From contig NC_068984.1 of the NCBI RefSeq assembly GCF_001194135.2, forward strand, positions 41,044,445-41,106,126: 61,682 nucleotides of DNA, given 5' to 3'. The DNA is from Octopus bimaculoides (lineage: Eukaryota). The notes under the pieces are model-generated. The model was not told the DNA's origin, did not search any database, and was given only the letters and a program-made list of their open reading frames with translations. Positions 38,186-50,473 of this stretch are shown one piece after another. The stretch's first letter is position 1. Each line of letters opens with the position of its first letter. A program made the position numbers and the translations under genes.

Positions 38186-38625
38186 TCCACAACTTTATAC
38201 TGAACAACCTGCTGAGATGATGTTTTTTTTTTATAGTGATCAAATGTTTGTCCTTTACGTTAGCTCACTCCCTCCATCACATCGGCATTGCTTGTACAGG
38301 TGCATGGTGTGCCACATGTCAGGTGTTGAAGTAATTGCAGAGCAATGTGAAATAATGTGCTTTTGCTCAAGAACTCAACACACTACCCAATCCAGGAATC
38401 AAAACCACAATCTTGTAATTGTGAGTGCAACACCCTAGCCAGTAGGCCATGCATGTCCATACACACATTGGGATTCCACAGTTTCCATCTAGAAAATTCA
38501 CTGACATTGGTCAACCGAGAATTGTAGAAGACACTTGTTCAAAGTACCATGAAGAGGAACTAAACCAAAACCATGTAGTTAAGAAGAATATATATATATA
38601 TATTTATAGAGAGAGAGAGAGAGAG

Positions 38626-39000
38626 ACCCTAGAAGAATTGGGCCCCTACATCGATGGGAGCAAGCATTGCCAGCTGTGCATAGCTGAACAGGCAAGAATA
38701 TTAAAGAATTCTCCCAACCCAGGGAACATCTTAAATTCCAGAATGGAAGTCAAGCCTGCTTACACTTCAGGAGATTAATACTGAAGTCCTGGAACCCACA
38801 AGCTGACCACGTCGACTATGGATAGCAGTCTAAAGGAGACAATCCCTTGCGCTTAACCCTTTGCTCATGCATTTAACAAGTAGCTACAAGGTTTTTTCTC
38901 CCTCCACTTTGAAGAGGTTATAGGCCATGGCCATTAGGGTCTGAAGAAACACTGTAAGGCTAAGTGTTTTATGGACGTGAAACTCAGGGTAACCCCATAG
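38626..39000 (+). mobile_element. Penelope-like element 3' fragment (C-terminal end of GIY-YIG ORF region)
   Basis: LGPYIDGSKHCQLCIAEQARIL...ILNSRME, frameshift, CLH: matches the PLE PY..SK.C.LC..E...I...LN.R.E...C.H motif. ctgaaga...gtgaaactcag tail. Confidence 0.7.
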
Positions 39001-39064
39001 ACACACCATAACTATCTTGTAAGTATGTGTTCACCAGGGCTCAGTTCCCAATCCCTCCCAATTT

Positions 39065-40228
39065 ATCATAGTCCTCCATGCCATTACTGAAGAGTTTACA
39101 ACAAGGTACCTGTGAGAATTCCTTTATACTGATAACCTTGTCCTAATAACTGAATCTGTAGTAGACTCAGAAAAGGAATTTCAGCTGTGGAAGCAAAACT
39201 TGGAATCAAAGGGCCTTAAAGTTAACTTAGTAACAATCAAAAATTTAGTAAGCAGGAGCTCCTACCTCTACTGGCAATTAAGGGTGAAAGGTAGACTGTA
39301 TGATGCATGTGTGCGAACTGCCATGCTACATGGCAGTGAAACATGGGCCATGAATGCTGAGGACATGCGTAGGCTTGAAAGAAATGAAGCTAGTATGATC
39401 TGCTGGATGTGTAATGTCAGTGTGCATACATGACGGAGTGTAAGCGCCCTGAGAGAAAAATTGGGCGTTAAAAGCATCAAATGTGGTGTGCAAGAGAGGC
39501 GACTGCACTGGTATGGCCATGTGTTATGTATGAATGAAGACAGCTGTGTGAGGAAGTGCCACTCACTAACTGTCAAAGGAACCTGTGGAAGAGGTAGATC
39601 CAGGAAGACATGGGATGAGGTGAAGCATGACCTTTGAATACTGGGCCTCACAGAGGCAATGACAGGAGACTGGGACCTTTGGAGATATGCTGTGATTGAG
39701 AAGACCCAGCAACTAAAGTGAGATTGCAGGCACGCATGCCCTGTTAAGAATATCCCTGATGCACCAGGTGATATGATATGCTTGAGAAGACCTGTTGAGT
39801 CAAATAAAACCAGCATTGTAGCTGGGGCCAGTGCCCCTTGACTGGCCCCCGTGCCGATGGCACATGAAAAGCACCATCTGAATGTGGTCAATACCAGGTC
39901 CGCCTGACTGGCTCCCGTGCCATTGGCACATAAAAAACACCAACTGATCATGACTGATGCCAGTACCCTGTACTGGCAGCTGTGCCGGTGGCACGAAAAA
40001 GCACCATCTGAATGTGATTGATGCTAGGCCCACCTGACTGGCTCCAGTGCTGGTGGCACAAAAAAAGCACCCACTACACTCTTGGAGTGGTTGGCATTAG
40101 GAAGGGCATCCAGCTGTAGAAACACTGCCAGATCAGATTGGAGCCTGATACAGCCGCTGGCTCTCCAGACCTCAGTCAAACCGTCCAACCTATGCCAGCA
40201 TGGAAAATAGACATTAAATGATGATGAA
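39065..40228 (+). mobile_element. 5'-truncated, internally deleted RTE LINE with complete 3' end
   Basis: LYTDNLVL (decayed YADD), WKQNLESKGLKVNL, KGRLYDACVRTAMLHGSETW, RRLHWYGHV, GRGRSRKTWDEV, then four subrepeats and the tail. Confidence 0.92.
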
Positions 40229-40229
40229 A

Positions 40230-40995
40230 ACAGACAGGTTGCTACTTGCATCAGGAAAATGATAGTTATAAAAGGTATTGATAGAAATTCCATAGTTTGC
40301 CAGTGCAAACTATGGACACAAGAGGTCCAGTGGAATCACAGAAAAATTAAGAGAGAGAGAATAGACTTTGTCTGTGGCAGGTGCACAGAAGAAATAAGAA
40401 CACACTGGAAAATAGTTTTCTAAAATATGCAGGAAGCTCACTAGATGTAGTAGGTAACTTCAGTTACTAGATGATTTAATTAGCAGTGGAGGAGAATGTT
40501 CCGAAAGCATGTTGCTGGAATAAAAACTGTTCAGAGAGCTATTATATCTTTTGATAATGAAAGTCTTCTCCCTGAGTGAAAGGCAGATTTTGTGATGCTT
40601 GTGTACAAACAGTGATGCTACATGGTAATGAAACATGAGCCATGAAAGTAGAGAAGACTAGAAAGGACTGAAGTTAGCATGCTCTGCTGGATATGCAATA
40701 CCAGTGTTCATATATGACAAAGTACTAATGTATTGAGAGAAAAACTGGTCATAAGAGGCATCATATGTAGTGTGGAAAAGAGAAGACTGAACTGATATGA
40801 ACATGTGATATGTATGGATGAGGAAAGCTGCATAGACAAGTGCTGATCACTAAATGAGGATGGGGTCTTTGGTAGGAGGTCCAAGAAGACAAAGGTGAAA
40901 GTAGTAAAGCTCAACCTCAGAGCTTTGAGCCTCATGAAAAAGATGACTAGCGATTTGGTGTAGTAGAGAAAACCCATCCACCTCAGCAAAAATGA
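40230..40995 (+). mobile_element. Second, older RTE fragment directly downstream, retaining a Cys-rich motif
   Basis: KGIDRNSIVCQCKLWT...FVCGRC and tgatgcttgtgtacaaacagtgatgctacatgg (DACVQTVMLHG). Confidence 0.8.
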
Positions 40996-41129
40996 AGTCC
41001 TAAAAGCATATCATTTTGTTTGTGCTCCTGCACTGAAGCTATCCCAACAATTCATCTTCCTAACACCCATCACTTCTAACTGTATATCAATCTCAGTTGC
41101 TGTAATTGTATGAGAGCAGAGTTGTACTT

Positions 41130-41395
41130 GGTGAGGGAGTTTGGCCTAGTGGTTAGGCTGTTGCACTTGCAATTACTAGATTGTGTTTGATTCCCAGACC
41201 AGGTGATGCATTGTGTTCTTTAGAGAAACACTATTTCACGTTGTACCAGTTACCCTTTCAATCAGGGCTAAATGTTGGCCTGCTCACCTAGCCAGCGGGT
41301 TGGCATCGTTTGAAGGCTAAAATGATGCAAAGTGCATTGTGACCAGTGATGTGTAACATCTGATAGTCTGGTCAGTCATGTGCTACCTGTTTCCC
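41130..41395 (+). mobile_element. Older tRNA-headed SINE family S4 (related copies about 21075-21330 -, 31530-31690 +, 38290-38440 -)
   Basis: tggcctagtggttagg head, tttgattccc B-box, ttgtgttctt..gag..aacact core. Confidence 0.65.
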
Positions 41396-42064
41396 CTTTC
41401 TTTTGAATCACCTCACCATGTTGAATGCCTTGCATCCTCAATATCATCCCATTCTACTATTGAACGCCACCTCATACTGGCTGTTGTCTCCACCTCACTC
41501 TTATTACACTCCTTCTACATTTAATATGACATTTTTGCAAGCAAAACTTTAGTTTCTTATCTCAGATTTATAAGGAGAATAAACTGGATGTTGTGGCCCT
41601 TATACCTCTTGCAACATTGATTGCTGGGGAGAAGTGTTTATATGAGAATATGATTTATGAATCTTTGTGCTTCCAACTCAGAAAATTCAGGAATATATAT
41701 ATGAACTTTAAAATTAAAATGTAGTCTTTCAGTTTTAATTTAATTTTTTCAAATAAATAGAAACAGAAAGAAACAATATTGAAAAAAAAATTACTTAAAT
41801 TTTTTTGTGTGAAAATATAATGTTCATGCAAGATTAAAAATAAAATAGTCACCTTTCTGATTAATTTCTTTATTGCAAAAATCAGTTCATTAAAATATAA
41901 ATAAAAGACCTTGTTACTTTTGGCTTCAAATAAATATGGTGATCATTTCTTATAAATTCAAAATTTGGTTTGATTCATTTTATTGAAGCAATAATCCTGG
42001 GCTGTCTTAGCAACCTACACAGCTTTTCCATAATCTTATTTTTTTATCCATGTTTATATTTCAG

Positions 42065-42113
42065 TTATTTTTACATGATGCTAAAATAAAGAATTTCACT
42101 TCTTGCTTCAAAG
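42065..42113 (+). CDS. C8orf82: UPF0598/C8orf82 homolog exon 2 (LFLHDAKIKNFTSCFK-E)
   Basis: atttcag acceptor, gtaagt donor, 49 nt. Matches LFLDDSKMKNFITCFKD. Confidence 0.95.
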
Positions 42114-42910
42114 GTAAGTTTCCAGATTAATCTACCAAAATGAGGTATTTTGATCAAAAGCATTTTAAATAAAAATGTTTCAATAATTTAAGTATTTTTA
42201 CATTGATTTTCTTGGTAGTGAAAAAAACCCTGAAAAGTTTTATGTGATTTTAAGCCTAAAATGTTGATAATTTGAATATTGTTATATATACTTTTTCATA
42301 TGATTTTTAAAATTTAGCAATTACCTTTGTCATTTTTCAATGATTTTTGCTTACTAGACTATATTAGATTTAAGATGATGTAAGACATTATACCAATTTG
42401 GTCAAAATAGAGCATCCACTTTATATGATACCTACATGAGTCTTTTATCCCTAAATTGTTGTCAGTAAACTTTCTGATATTTAATAATGATCATTAAATA
42501 GTCAGGCAACCACTATATTTCTTACCCAACATTTTGCAATAGTTTGAACCTCATTTTTTTTAAGGGAAACTGTTTAGTAAATTATCATTGAAAAATCCTG
42601 TTTTATAGCTTTGAGCAGTTGGACATAAATTCTGTAATGTGCAAGGCATAAAACATTCAGATAGTCACAGACAAACGCGAATGTCCTAATCACTAACAGG
42701 ATCTTTCGTACTGATAGAATGATCCATGTGCATTGTGTTCATACCCATCATACACTGAATACATTTCATATTCATTTGCTTTCTCTACTCAGTTTAGGCT
42801 TCATTTAAGATTTTTCTATCCAATTACAATTCCCACAAGCCAAAAAGTTGTAGCTGTAGTAGGTGATTGAATTTATAGTTGATCTTCATAATAACTATAT
42901 CTTATTTCAG

Positions 42911-43347
42911 AAAAAAGATTTATTGAATTCTTCTTCAAACGACTTCGTTTAAACAAGACAGGAAGGTATACTGATTTCCCATATATTTCTCTGTGTGGCA
43001 GAGAAAGAAATTTCATCAGCTGTGATGATAAGCCTATTGTTTATGTTGAGCTTGTAAAAGACTCAGCAACTACTGACTATTTGTATTACGGAGGGTATAA
43101 AGCTGATTTAAAAGTTCCCTTTGAACCCTCAGAATTATGCATGTTACCCAGCAATGGTCGGGTGTATTACCCAACAAAAGATATTTATGGAGGAATTGGA
43201 CTAATCAAATCTAAAATAGCTATAGAACTGAGTCAGTATTTTGTTTTTGAGAATGGTGAATTGGAACCTCCAACACATATAGATTGGAATAATCAAAGAC
43301 ATGAACTTTCTAATAAACTTCTTCCACTTCTTGTAGCAAAAGATTAA
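42911..43347 (+). CDS. C8orf82: UPF0598/C8orf82 homolog exon 3 (KRFIEFFFKRLRLNKTGRY...LCGRERNFISCDDKPIVY...LLPLLVAKD*)
   Basis: tttcag acceptor, 437 nt open to TAA. CGRERNF, NGRVYYP and GGIGLIKS family motifs present. Total protein 210 aa. Confidence 0.96.
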
Positions 43348-43385
43348 AGAAAAATATTTTTATATTTTATTAGTGCTGGAAATGA

Positions 43386-43391
43386 AATAAA
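43386..43391 (+). terminator. Candidate poly(A) signal AATAAA of C8orf82
   Basis: First AATAAA after the stop, with U/GU-rich tracts downstream. Confidence 0.4.
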
Positions 43392-44084
43392 GAAAATCTA
43401 AATTATTTAAAAAAAATATATATGGAAAATGTTATAAATTTTTATTTTTGAATTTGAAAAGAGAAATCAGATATCCATTAACAATTAGTGTGTGTGTTGG
43501 TTGTTTTTTTGTTGTTTTTTTTTTTATATAATATCAATCATTTAAATTCATTATTACATTGTGATCAGAAATTACAATAGGTGATATTTAAGTCAACTTA
43601 TATTTTGAATCTTACCAACACTGGAAACAAAAAGAAATGAGTTTTGCCTTAGCAAAGAAGTACTGAATGAGTTGCAGTAAAATATCTCAATCTAGCAATC
43701 TATCTCATTTATCATTTCTGTTAAATATTGATTTCTTTCAATGATTCACAAGATTAGATTGAGAGGAGTGGAGAAATGAAGTATGACCATTGAAGCAAAG
43801 AGGAAGTGAAATGGTTTCATTTGGAAATTTAAACTAAAATATGGCCCACTTAGGGAAATCTTGCCTTTTGCACTGCAAATGTTGCTACTTCAGTGAACTA
43901 AAAGTTACAAAATAGGAAACTGTGGACATGAATGATATACAATTTTTAAAAAAACTATATATTGCAAACAGTTTAGGAACATTTGTTGTGGAAGGGATTA
44001 ATAGATACCATTCATTACAAAGTGGTCAACTAAAGTCTAGCTTTCTGTTTACACAGTGAAATATGAACCAACAAAGGAACCTGC

Positions 44085-44260
44085 ATATTCACTCAACCTG
44101 CTACAAATATCAGCCAAATCATCCTCAATTTATATCCCGTTGTGTTAAAAAGGGAGAGAGAGAGAGGATACTAGATAATCCCCAAAAGAAGGGACAATCA
44201 CTTGAATTACCTTTGTTTATAGCTCTGCTCAATCAAAGTTGACCTGGAGCTAAACAACAC
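44085..44260 (-). repeat. Unclassified interspersed repeat (related copies about 4003-4075, 32915-33015, 37510-37620, 51950-52135)
   Basis: Shared acctgcta..cagccaaatc..cctcaaat and ctgctcaatc..gacctggagctaaacaac segments. Confidence 0.55.
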
Positions 44261-46223
44261 AGTGAAAGAGAATTTATGGTGTGTCTATAATCAAATTGTT
44301 GTGTATAAAATGGTAAATGCATGAGGAATTGACATTTCATATTAATTCTTTCACAAACTTCAGGGTTTTACAAAATTGTATTTAATTTCAGCTTCTGTGA
44401 CCATTAAGCAGATAACATTTTCCTCCTGTATTAGACATTGACTCGTCAAATTGACAAGTATCAGCCTCCTACCACTGATACCATCAATATTTTGAGTTAT
44501 TCAACCCTCTTTTCATTAATGAGAAGACAAATTGTGTTTCCATCATTTAATTTTTCTTTCTTCAGTAAGGTTATAAGCAATTTAGAAAATATCTTAATTT
44601 TGTTGAACCTGACAATTTTTTTACCCATTTTTCAATCTTCACAGTCCCACCTACACCCACATTTGAGAAACACTGAATTAATCTATTGGTGAGGTTCTTA
44701 GAAGTTGTGACATTTGTTCCTGACTGACTGTTGGATTCATTCTCAAAGAATATGACTTGCTGCTTTAAAAGACATCAAAAAGCAGCAAACCCAAGAAAGG
44801 AAGCCAAAAAAAAAAATTTAATCTTCTTGGCTATGTTGCTTCCATATCAATTCTGCTTTCTTGGATAGACAGCAACAATAATTTGTCAACATTCATTGAC
44901 AAATTATTTACAAATGGTGAAAAAAAAATAATGAGTAGGAGTAATGTCATCATTGTTTTACATTTGCTCTAACATGTTGACGAGGTTTGGACGGTTTATC
45001 AGGCAGTGTTTTACGGAGCGTATCCTTTTAGTAGCTTATTATGACAAAGACATGATGTACCAATTCTAAAAGTGAGTTACAATAATTTTCTTAAATAAAA
45101 ATGGCTACTGAGAATTACAAGCAGTTTCGAAATATAAATAAGGCTTTTGAAGTTACATGAATCCAAACTTACAACCTTGTGATTCAAAGTTAGATGGCTT
45201 ACATTTAGTACAGCATGTATGCTTAAATATTCAATTACACAAAGTGTGGGAACATAGCTAAATGTGTGCTCATATGAACAAGAGATGGTGTGTTTTAAGC
45301 ATCAATATGAACAGCAAAAACATGAACCATGTATTTATTGCTTGTTGAGTTACTGCATTACTAATTAGACAATAATTCATTTGTCATTCCCACTCCTCAA
45401 ATTAACTGGGATATTAATTTTTATTAATTGTACTATTTTATCGTTGTGAAAATTTTAGGCTATTCTACTAATTTCCAAACTTTAGTTTTATGTTTGCAAT
45501 GAGACATAACATAAGTCAAAATTGAATTAACAGCTAATGTAAATGATATCAGGCATTATCAACACCATTATAAACCACAAAATAGTAACAGACATACTGT
45601 TACTAATTTCTCTCTGTAATCTATCATATCATTTACATCAAATTATTAACAGTTAAATTCAAAGATAGAGCAACTTTATATGCAATCATTGAGACAATGA
45701 TATCAAAATCACTTTTGAATAACCTGGGACCAAATATCAAATGCCCTAATTTTAACTCGTCATGCATTCACTTGAAGATAATATTCACAATGGTCTCAAG
45801 AACATTTGAAATTCTGCAATAATCCAGTGTAGTGGACCTTTGATTCAACTGTAAGCATTCAGCCAATTGTGTATTTAGAAATATTTAATAGATACCTACT
45901 CAATAAGAACAACGTTATACACAGCCCACTATAACTATGGAATGCACCATCCCTAGAAATGAGTGTAGTAAAAAAGTAATAATAATTGACAAAATATGGT
46001 GTAGGAAAATAAACAGTTGTAAATGCTATAAATAATATGACCTATGTGACTGTGTCAGTAACAGGTAACAAAATTAAAAGTAGGCTAAAGAAAAAATAGA
46101 TGAGCTGATGTATTTAGTAGATGAAATATCTAACTAAACTGGCAGTTTTGAATATTACATTTTAAACATATTCATATAAAAAATTAACTTCCAATAATAT
46201 TATCTAATAAATTAAAAGTGATT

Positions 46224-46229
46224 TTTATT
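46224..46229 (-). terminator. Candidate poly(A) signal AATAAA of AKTIP
   Basis: TTTATT on the plus strand about 210 nt past the stop. Confidence 0.4.
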
Positions 46230-46438
46230 AAACATTATTCCATATAAACAAATTTATCAAACAGTGCAACACTTTTTGTTTTTTGCTTTTTCTTTTAAGT
46301 TTATGATACAAATATCTATAACAATCAGCTCAACAGTGTGCTTCAAATTTATAGAGGGAGGAATCTTCAATTGAATCAAAGACCAAGGAAATGGTATGAA
46401 TGCAGTTGTTTGTTACCAACAAATAAATAATGATATAT

Positions 46439-46534
46439 TCATGAGAAAGTAGTGTCTTCTTTAGAAAATATCTGAGAACTCTCGCTATTCATCCACGATA
46501 GTCCAGATGAATTATCAGCCAAATTTGGTTTGTC
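46439..46534 (-). CDS. AKTIP: AKTIP last coding exon (DKPNLADNSSGLSWMNSESSQIFSKEDTTFS*)
   Basis: ttttag acceptor, GLSW...FSKE motif, TGA stop. Summed CDS is 780 nt = 259 aa + stop. Confidence 0.95.
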   Translation of the reverse strand, partial: DKPNLADNSSGLSWMNSESSQIFSKEDTTFS

Positions 46535-46780
46535 CTAAAATGAGAAAATAAATTTTAAAATGTTGGCAGTTGTATTGACAGAACACTATTAAAGAGTGCT
46601 CACTATGCACTATTAAATAAACTGGGTTGTTAAATTTATATTGCATTTCAACAACTTTTTTGTACAATCATAAAACAAATTGAGAGCATTTCCTGAAGTT
46701 TATAAAAGTGTTTACAAGATTTTTAAAAAATGCAAGAGGATTATAAGGAAAAAATTCTTTCATTTACAATTCACTTAGAT

Positions 46781-47027
46781 CAGGGGTTCTCAACTGGGGT
46801 CCACAGTAATTTTTCAGAAGCATGAAAAAACTGTGCTTCAGACCAGTAAAGTTTATGTGCAATAAATTGGTTATACTTGTGTATTACACAAAATATTTTA
46901 TCAATTACTTTCACAAAATTCCTAATAATATTTAATTATAAAAATACACCAGGATTTTTAAACATCAAATGGTTATGGAGGTCCTCCCAAGGAAAACATT
47001 AAAAGGAATCCATGGACAAAAAATGGT
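46781..47027 (+). mobile_element. Probable hAT (Charlie-like) MITE, right end eroded
   Basis: Starts CAGGGGTTCTCAAC, a typical hAT-Charlie TIR. Only a remnant (atggtt) remains at the right end. Confidence 0.45.
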
Positions 47028-47078
47028 TATATTGATTTTTAGTGAGTTATGTAAAAGACTAATGGAACCTAAGTTTAA

Positions 47079-47282
47079 CCCTTTAGTATTCAGATTTTTC
47101 TGTCAAATGTAATGCTCATTTCTTCACATTCGCATGAATTAGTTATGCGTTAGCTTTGAGATTTCAATGACAGGACTGTTTATTTTTACAATACTATTGT
47201 AGGATAAGTGTGAGAGGCCAGATCTGGACAGTTTGAAGATAAAACAAGTAGATTATTTTGGCCAGTTTATAATGGTAAAGAG
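47079..47282 (+). mobile_element. piggyBac-type MITE, same family, opposite orientation
   Basis: TTAA flanks at 47075-47078 and 47283-47286, TIRs CCCTTTAGTATT / AATGGTAAAGAG, internal gtgagaggccagatctgg shared with 37670-37883. Confidence 0.78.
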
Positions 47283-47424
47283 TTAAAAATCTAATTGTAA
47301 GTGGCAAGAAGATTTAAGATTTTATAATTTATCAAAAATAAAAGTTAATTTGTATTCGCTACCAGTTTAAATTTAGTGGACGACAAGTGCGTAAAACATG
47401 GTTAGAAAATAAAATAATACTCAC

Positions 47425-47491
47425 CTGAAAAGTTTTATTTAATATAGATTTTCTAATTTCTTCATGAACATCAGGATCCCAGTCTGTGAAC
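47425..47491 (-). CDS. AKTIP: AKTIP coding exon 7 (FTDWDPDVHEEIRKSILNKTFQ)
   Basis: atttag / gtgagt, 67 nt. Resembles FSPWNPSVHDEAREKML. Confidence 0.95.
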
Positions 47492-47989
47492 CTAAATATG
47501 ATTGTAAGAAGTAACATGGAGTATTGTTATGATGTCAGAATATCACATCAATAATTCAATCACTTTACTAACAAACATTAGAAACCATCAGTCTTTAGTC
47601 AAGGCAGAAAATCTTGCTCAGTCTGCAGAAAGGTGCAGAGCTCATGGCCCTCACAGGCATAACTAGACGAGTGACAGTGATGCCATTGAGTGCAGCAGCA
47701 ATACTGTCCTGGATGTGGGTCTCATCTGAGTATTATAGAGTGTCGATAATTGTTGGAAGCTGAAATATCATCTGGTTTCAAATGGAAGGGCCAGTCCTTG
47801 AGATGCAATTCTAGCAATGGTAAGGATGTGATTTCACCAAGAAAGATCGTCAGTGAGGGTGATCTAACAATTGGAGTGGTATGATAAAATGCATCCATTC
47901 CATCCTGTAAAGTGGGTTTACTATAAGACATTCAGCCATAAAGTACATGACATGCACAATATTAAAAAATTGCATTTTATTTTATTTTC

Positions 47990-48362
47990 TGTTGTGTTGT
48001 TGGCACTCCGTTGCTTACAACGTCGAGGGTTCCAGTTTATCTGATCAACGGAACAGCCTGCTCGTGAAATTAACGTGCAAGTGGCTGAGCACTCCACAGA
48101 CATGTGTACCCTTAACGTAGTTCTCGGGGATATTCAGCGTGACACAGTGTGACAAGGCTGACCCTTTGAATTACAGGCACAACAGAAAGTAAGAGTGAGA
48201 GAAAGTTGTGGTGAAAGAGTACAGCAGGGTTTGCCACCATCTCCTGCCGGAGCTTTTAGGTGTTTTCGCTCAATAAACACTCACAACACCCGGTCTGGGA
48301 ATCGAAACCGCGATACTATGACCGCGAGTCCGCTGCCCTAACCACTGGGCCATTGCGCCTCC
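47990..48362 (-). mobile_element. Young tRNA-derived SINE family S3 in AKTIP intron
   Basis: Minus strand begins ggaggcgcaatggcccagtggttagggcagcggactcgcggtc..ggtttcgattccc (A and B boxes), CpG-rich body. Confidence 0.85.
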
Positions 48363-48727
48363 TTTCTGTTGTGTATTAGACAATGAAAGACCACAACATA
48401 CAGCAATGCAATATACTGGAACAAATCTATCCAACCTGTACCAGTATGGAACAAAAAATAACATAAAATGATGATTCCAATAAAAGTAGAGCTAACTGGA
48501 GCCTTAGAACAGCAACATCACAGAAGATAAGTGAATTAATATCTCAGTCAGTTAAATACTGATGATGATTTACTTTATCATCATCAATTCAATGCATTTA
48601 ACAATAATGTTATCAAAATTATAATTTCAGATATCCCTAATCCTGCTTTGCTTACTATTGTTCCCATTATTTTAGATATTTTATTAACAGTAATGACAAT
48701 AAATATAAAAATCAAAAGTTTAATTAC

Positions 48728-48832
48728 CGAATAGCATGAAGATCATTTGGGTCAGGAATCTCATAGATGCTTTCTCTGCATTTCTGAATAGATTGTGCTA
48801 CTTTTGATTCATACATTTCAATTTGGTCATAT
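48728..48832 (-). CDS. AKTIP: AKTIP coding exon 6 (YDQIEMYESKVAQSIQKCRESIYEIPDPNDLHAI-R)
   Basis: ttctag / gtaatt, 105 nt, phases consistent with both neighbours. Confidence 0.93.
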
Positions 48833-48989
48833 CTAGAAAAATGGGGAGGCGGCAATGATAAACAATTGTTTTGCTAAGTAGTAAGAAGTAAACATCTTTT
48901 TTTTTTAAATTTAAATAATGTAATGTGCATATTCATAAAGCAGAAATATTGGATTTTTAAAACTGTAGTTGAAGCAAGGAATATTATCT

Positions 48990-49286
48990 ATCATCATCAT
49001 CATCATCGTTTAACGTCAGCTTTCCATGCTAGCATGGGTTGGACGATTTGACTGAGGACTGGTGAAACCCGATGGCTGCACCAGGCTCCAATCTGATTTG
49101 GCAGAGTTTCTACAGCTGGATGCCCTTCCTAATGCCAACCACTCTGAGAGTGTAGTGGGTGCTTTTACGTGTCACCGGCACGAAGGCCAGTCAGGCGGTA
49201 CTGGCAACGGCCACGCTCAAAATGGTGTATTTTATGTGCCACCCACACAAGAGCCAGTCCAGGGGCACTGGCAACGATCTCGCTCG
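48990..49286 (-). mobile_element. Young RTE family A 3' end running into an assembly gap (AKTIP intron)
   Basis: Reverse complement aligns almost base-for-base with 107-386. Confidence 0.9.
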
Positions 49287-49685
49287 NNNNNNNNNNNNNN
49301 NNNNNNNNNNNNNNNNNNNNNNNNNNNNNNNNNNNNNNNNNNNNNNNNNNNNNNNNNNNNNNNNNNNNNNNNNNNNNNNNNNNNNNNNNNNNNNNNNNNN
49401 NNNNNNNNNNNNNNNNNNNNNNNNNNNNNNNNNNNNNNNNNNNNNNNNNNNNNNNNNNNNNNNNNNNNNNNNNNNNNNNNNNNNNNNNNNNNNNNNNNNN
49501 NNNNNNNNNNNNNNNNNNNNNNNNNNNNNNNNNNNNNNNNNNNNNNNNNNNNNNNNNNNNNNNNNNNNNNNNNNNNNNNNNNNNNNNNNNNNNNNNNNNN
49601 NNNNNNNNNNNNNNNNNNNNNNNNNNNNNNNNNNNNNNNNNNNNNNNNNNNNNNNNNNNNNNNNNNNNNNNNNNNNNNNNNNNNN
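49287..49685. other. Assembly gap (399 N)
   Basis: N run, flanked by a young RTE on the left and a young SINE on the right. Confidence 1.
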
Positions 49686-49694
49686 ATTCTTTGA

Positions 49695-49965
49695 AAGCCT
49701 AGTACTTATTCTATCGGTCTCTTTTGCCGAACCGCTAAGTTACGGGGACATAAACACACCAGCATCAGTTGTCAAGCGATGTTGGGGGGACAAACACAGA
49801 CACACAAACATATATATATATACATATATACGACGGGCTTCTTTCAGTTTCCGTCTACCAAATCCACTCACAAGGCTTTGGTCGGCCCGAGGCTATAGTA
49901 GAAGACACTTGCCTAAGATGCCACGCAGTGGGACTGAACCCGGGACCATGTGGTTAGTAAGCAAG
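49695..49965 (-). mobile_element. Young S1 SINE copy abutting gap
   Basis: cgacgggcttctttcagtttccgtctaccaaatccactcacaaggctttggtcggcccgagg, CpGs intact. Confidence 0.88.
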
Positions 49966-50473
49966 CTACGTTGAACTCATAACCATAGAGTAACTGCAGT
50001 TTTTTCTTGTTTTTTTTTTATTTTTTACCACAGCTATTAATGGTTGATTATTACTTTCCAGTGAACAAACTAAGAGAGTACAAAACTATGTCAAAACAAG
50101 CAAAGTCACAGTTCAGAGTTGAAGTGTTTACATTTCTGTTATTTTCTCAATTGAAATAGTGCTTAAAGAGATACAAGTTAAATGTCATAAATTCCTTTAC
50201 TGAAGTAGTCAACCATACTCTAAATAAACTACTTTGTTGTATGATCACATTATAATCATAATACAGAACACACATTTCAGAAAGAAAAAATGACCTGGTT
50301 ATTCCTAACATTTATTTTACAGAAAAAACAGTTTGCCAATTAGTTACCAATTACTCAAATGGAACAGGAATACAAAGCAAACTGACCCAAATACAAATCA
50401 AACTGAACCAGACTAAATATCACAATAAGAAAACTTAAAGACGAAAAACACCAATATTTATAATAGTTTTTTT

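Noticed and set aside
39268-39951. 227-aa minus-strand ORF
   Set aside because: Antisense shadow of the plus-strand RTE RT and 3' UTR.
48290-48362. tRNA gene (A and B boxes on minus strand)
   Set aside because: No acceptor stem or proper anticodon loop, and it continues into a SINE body. The same applies to other SINE heads.
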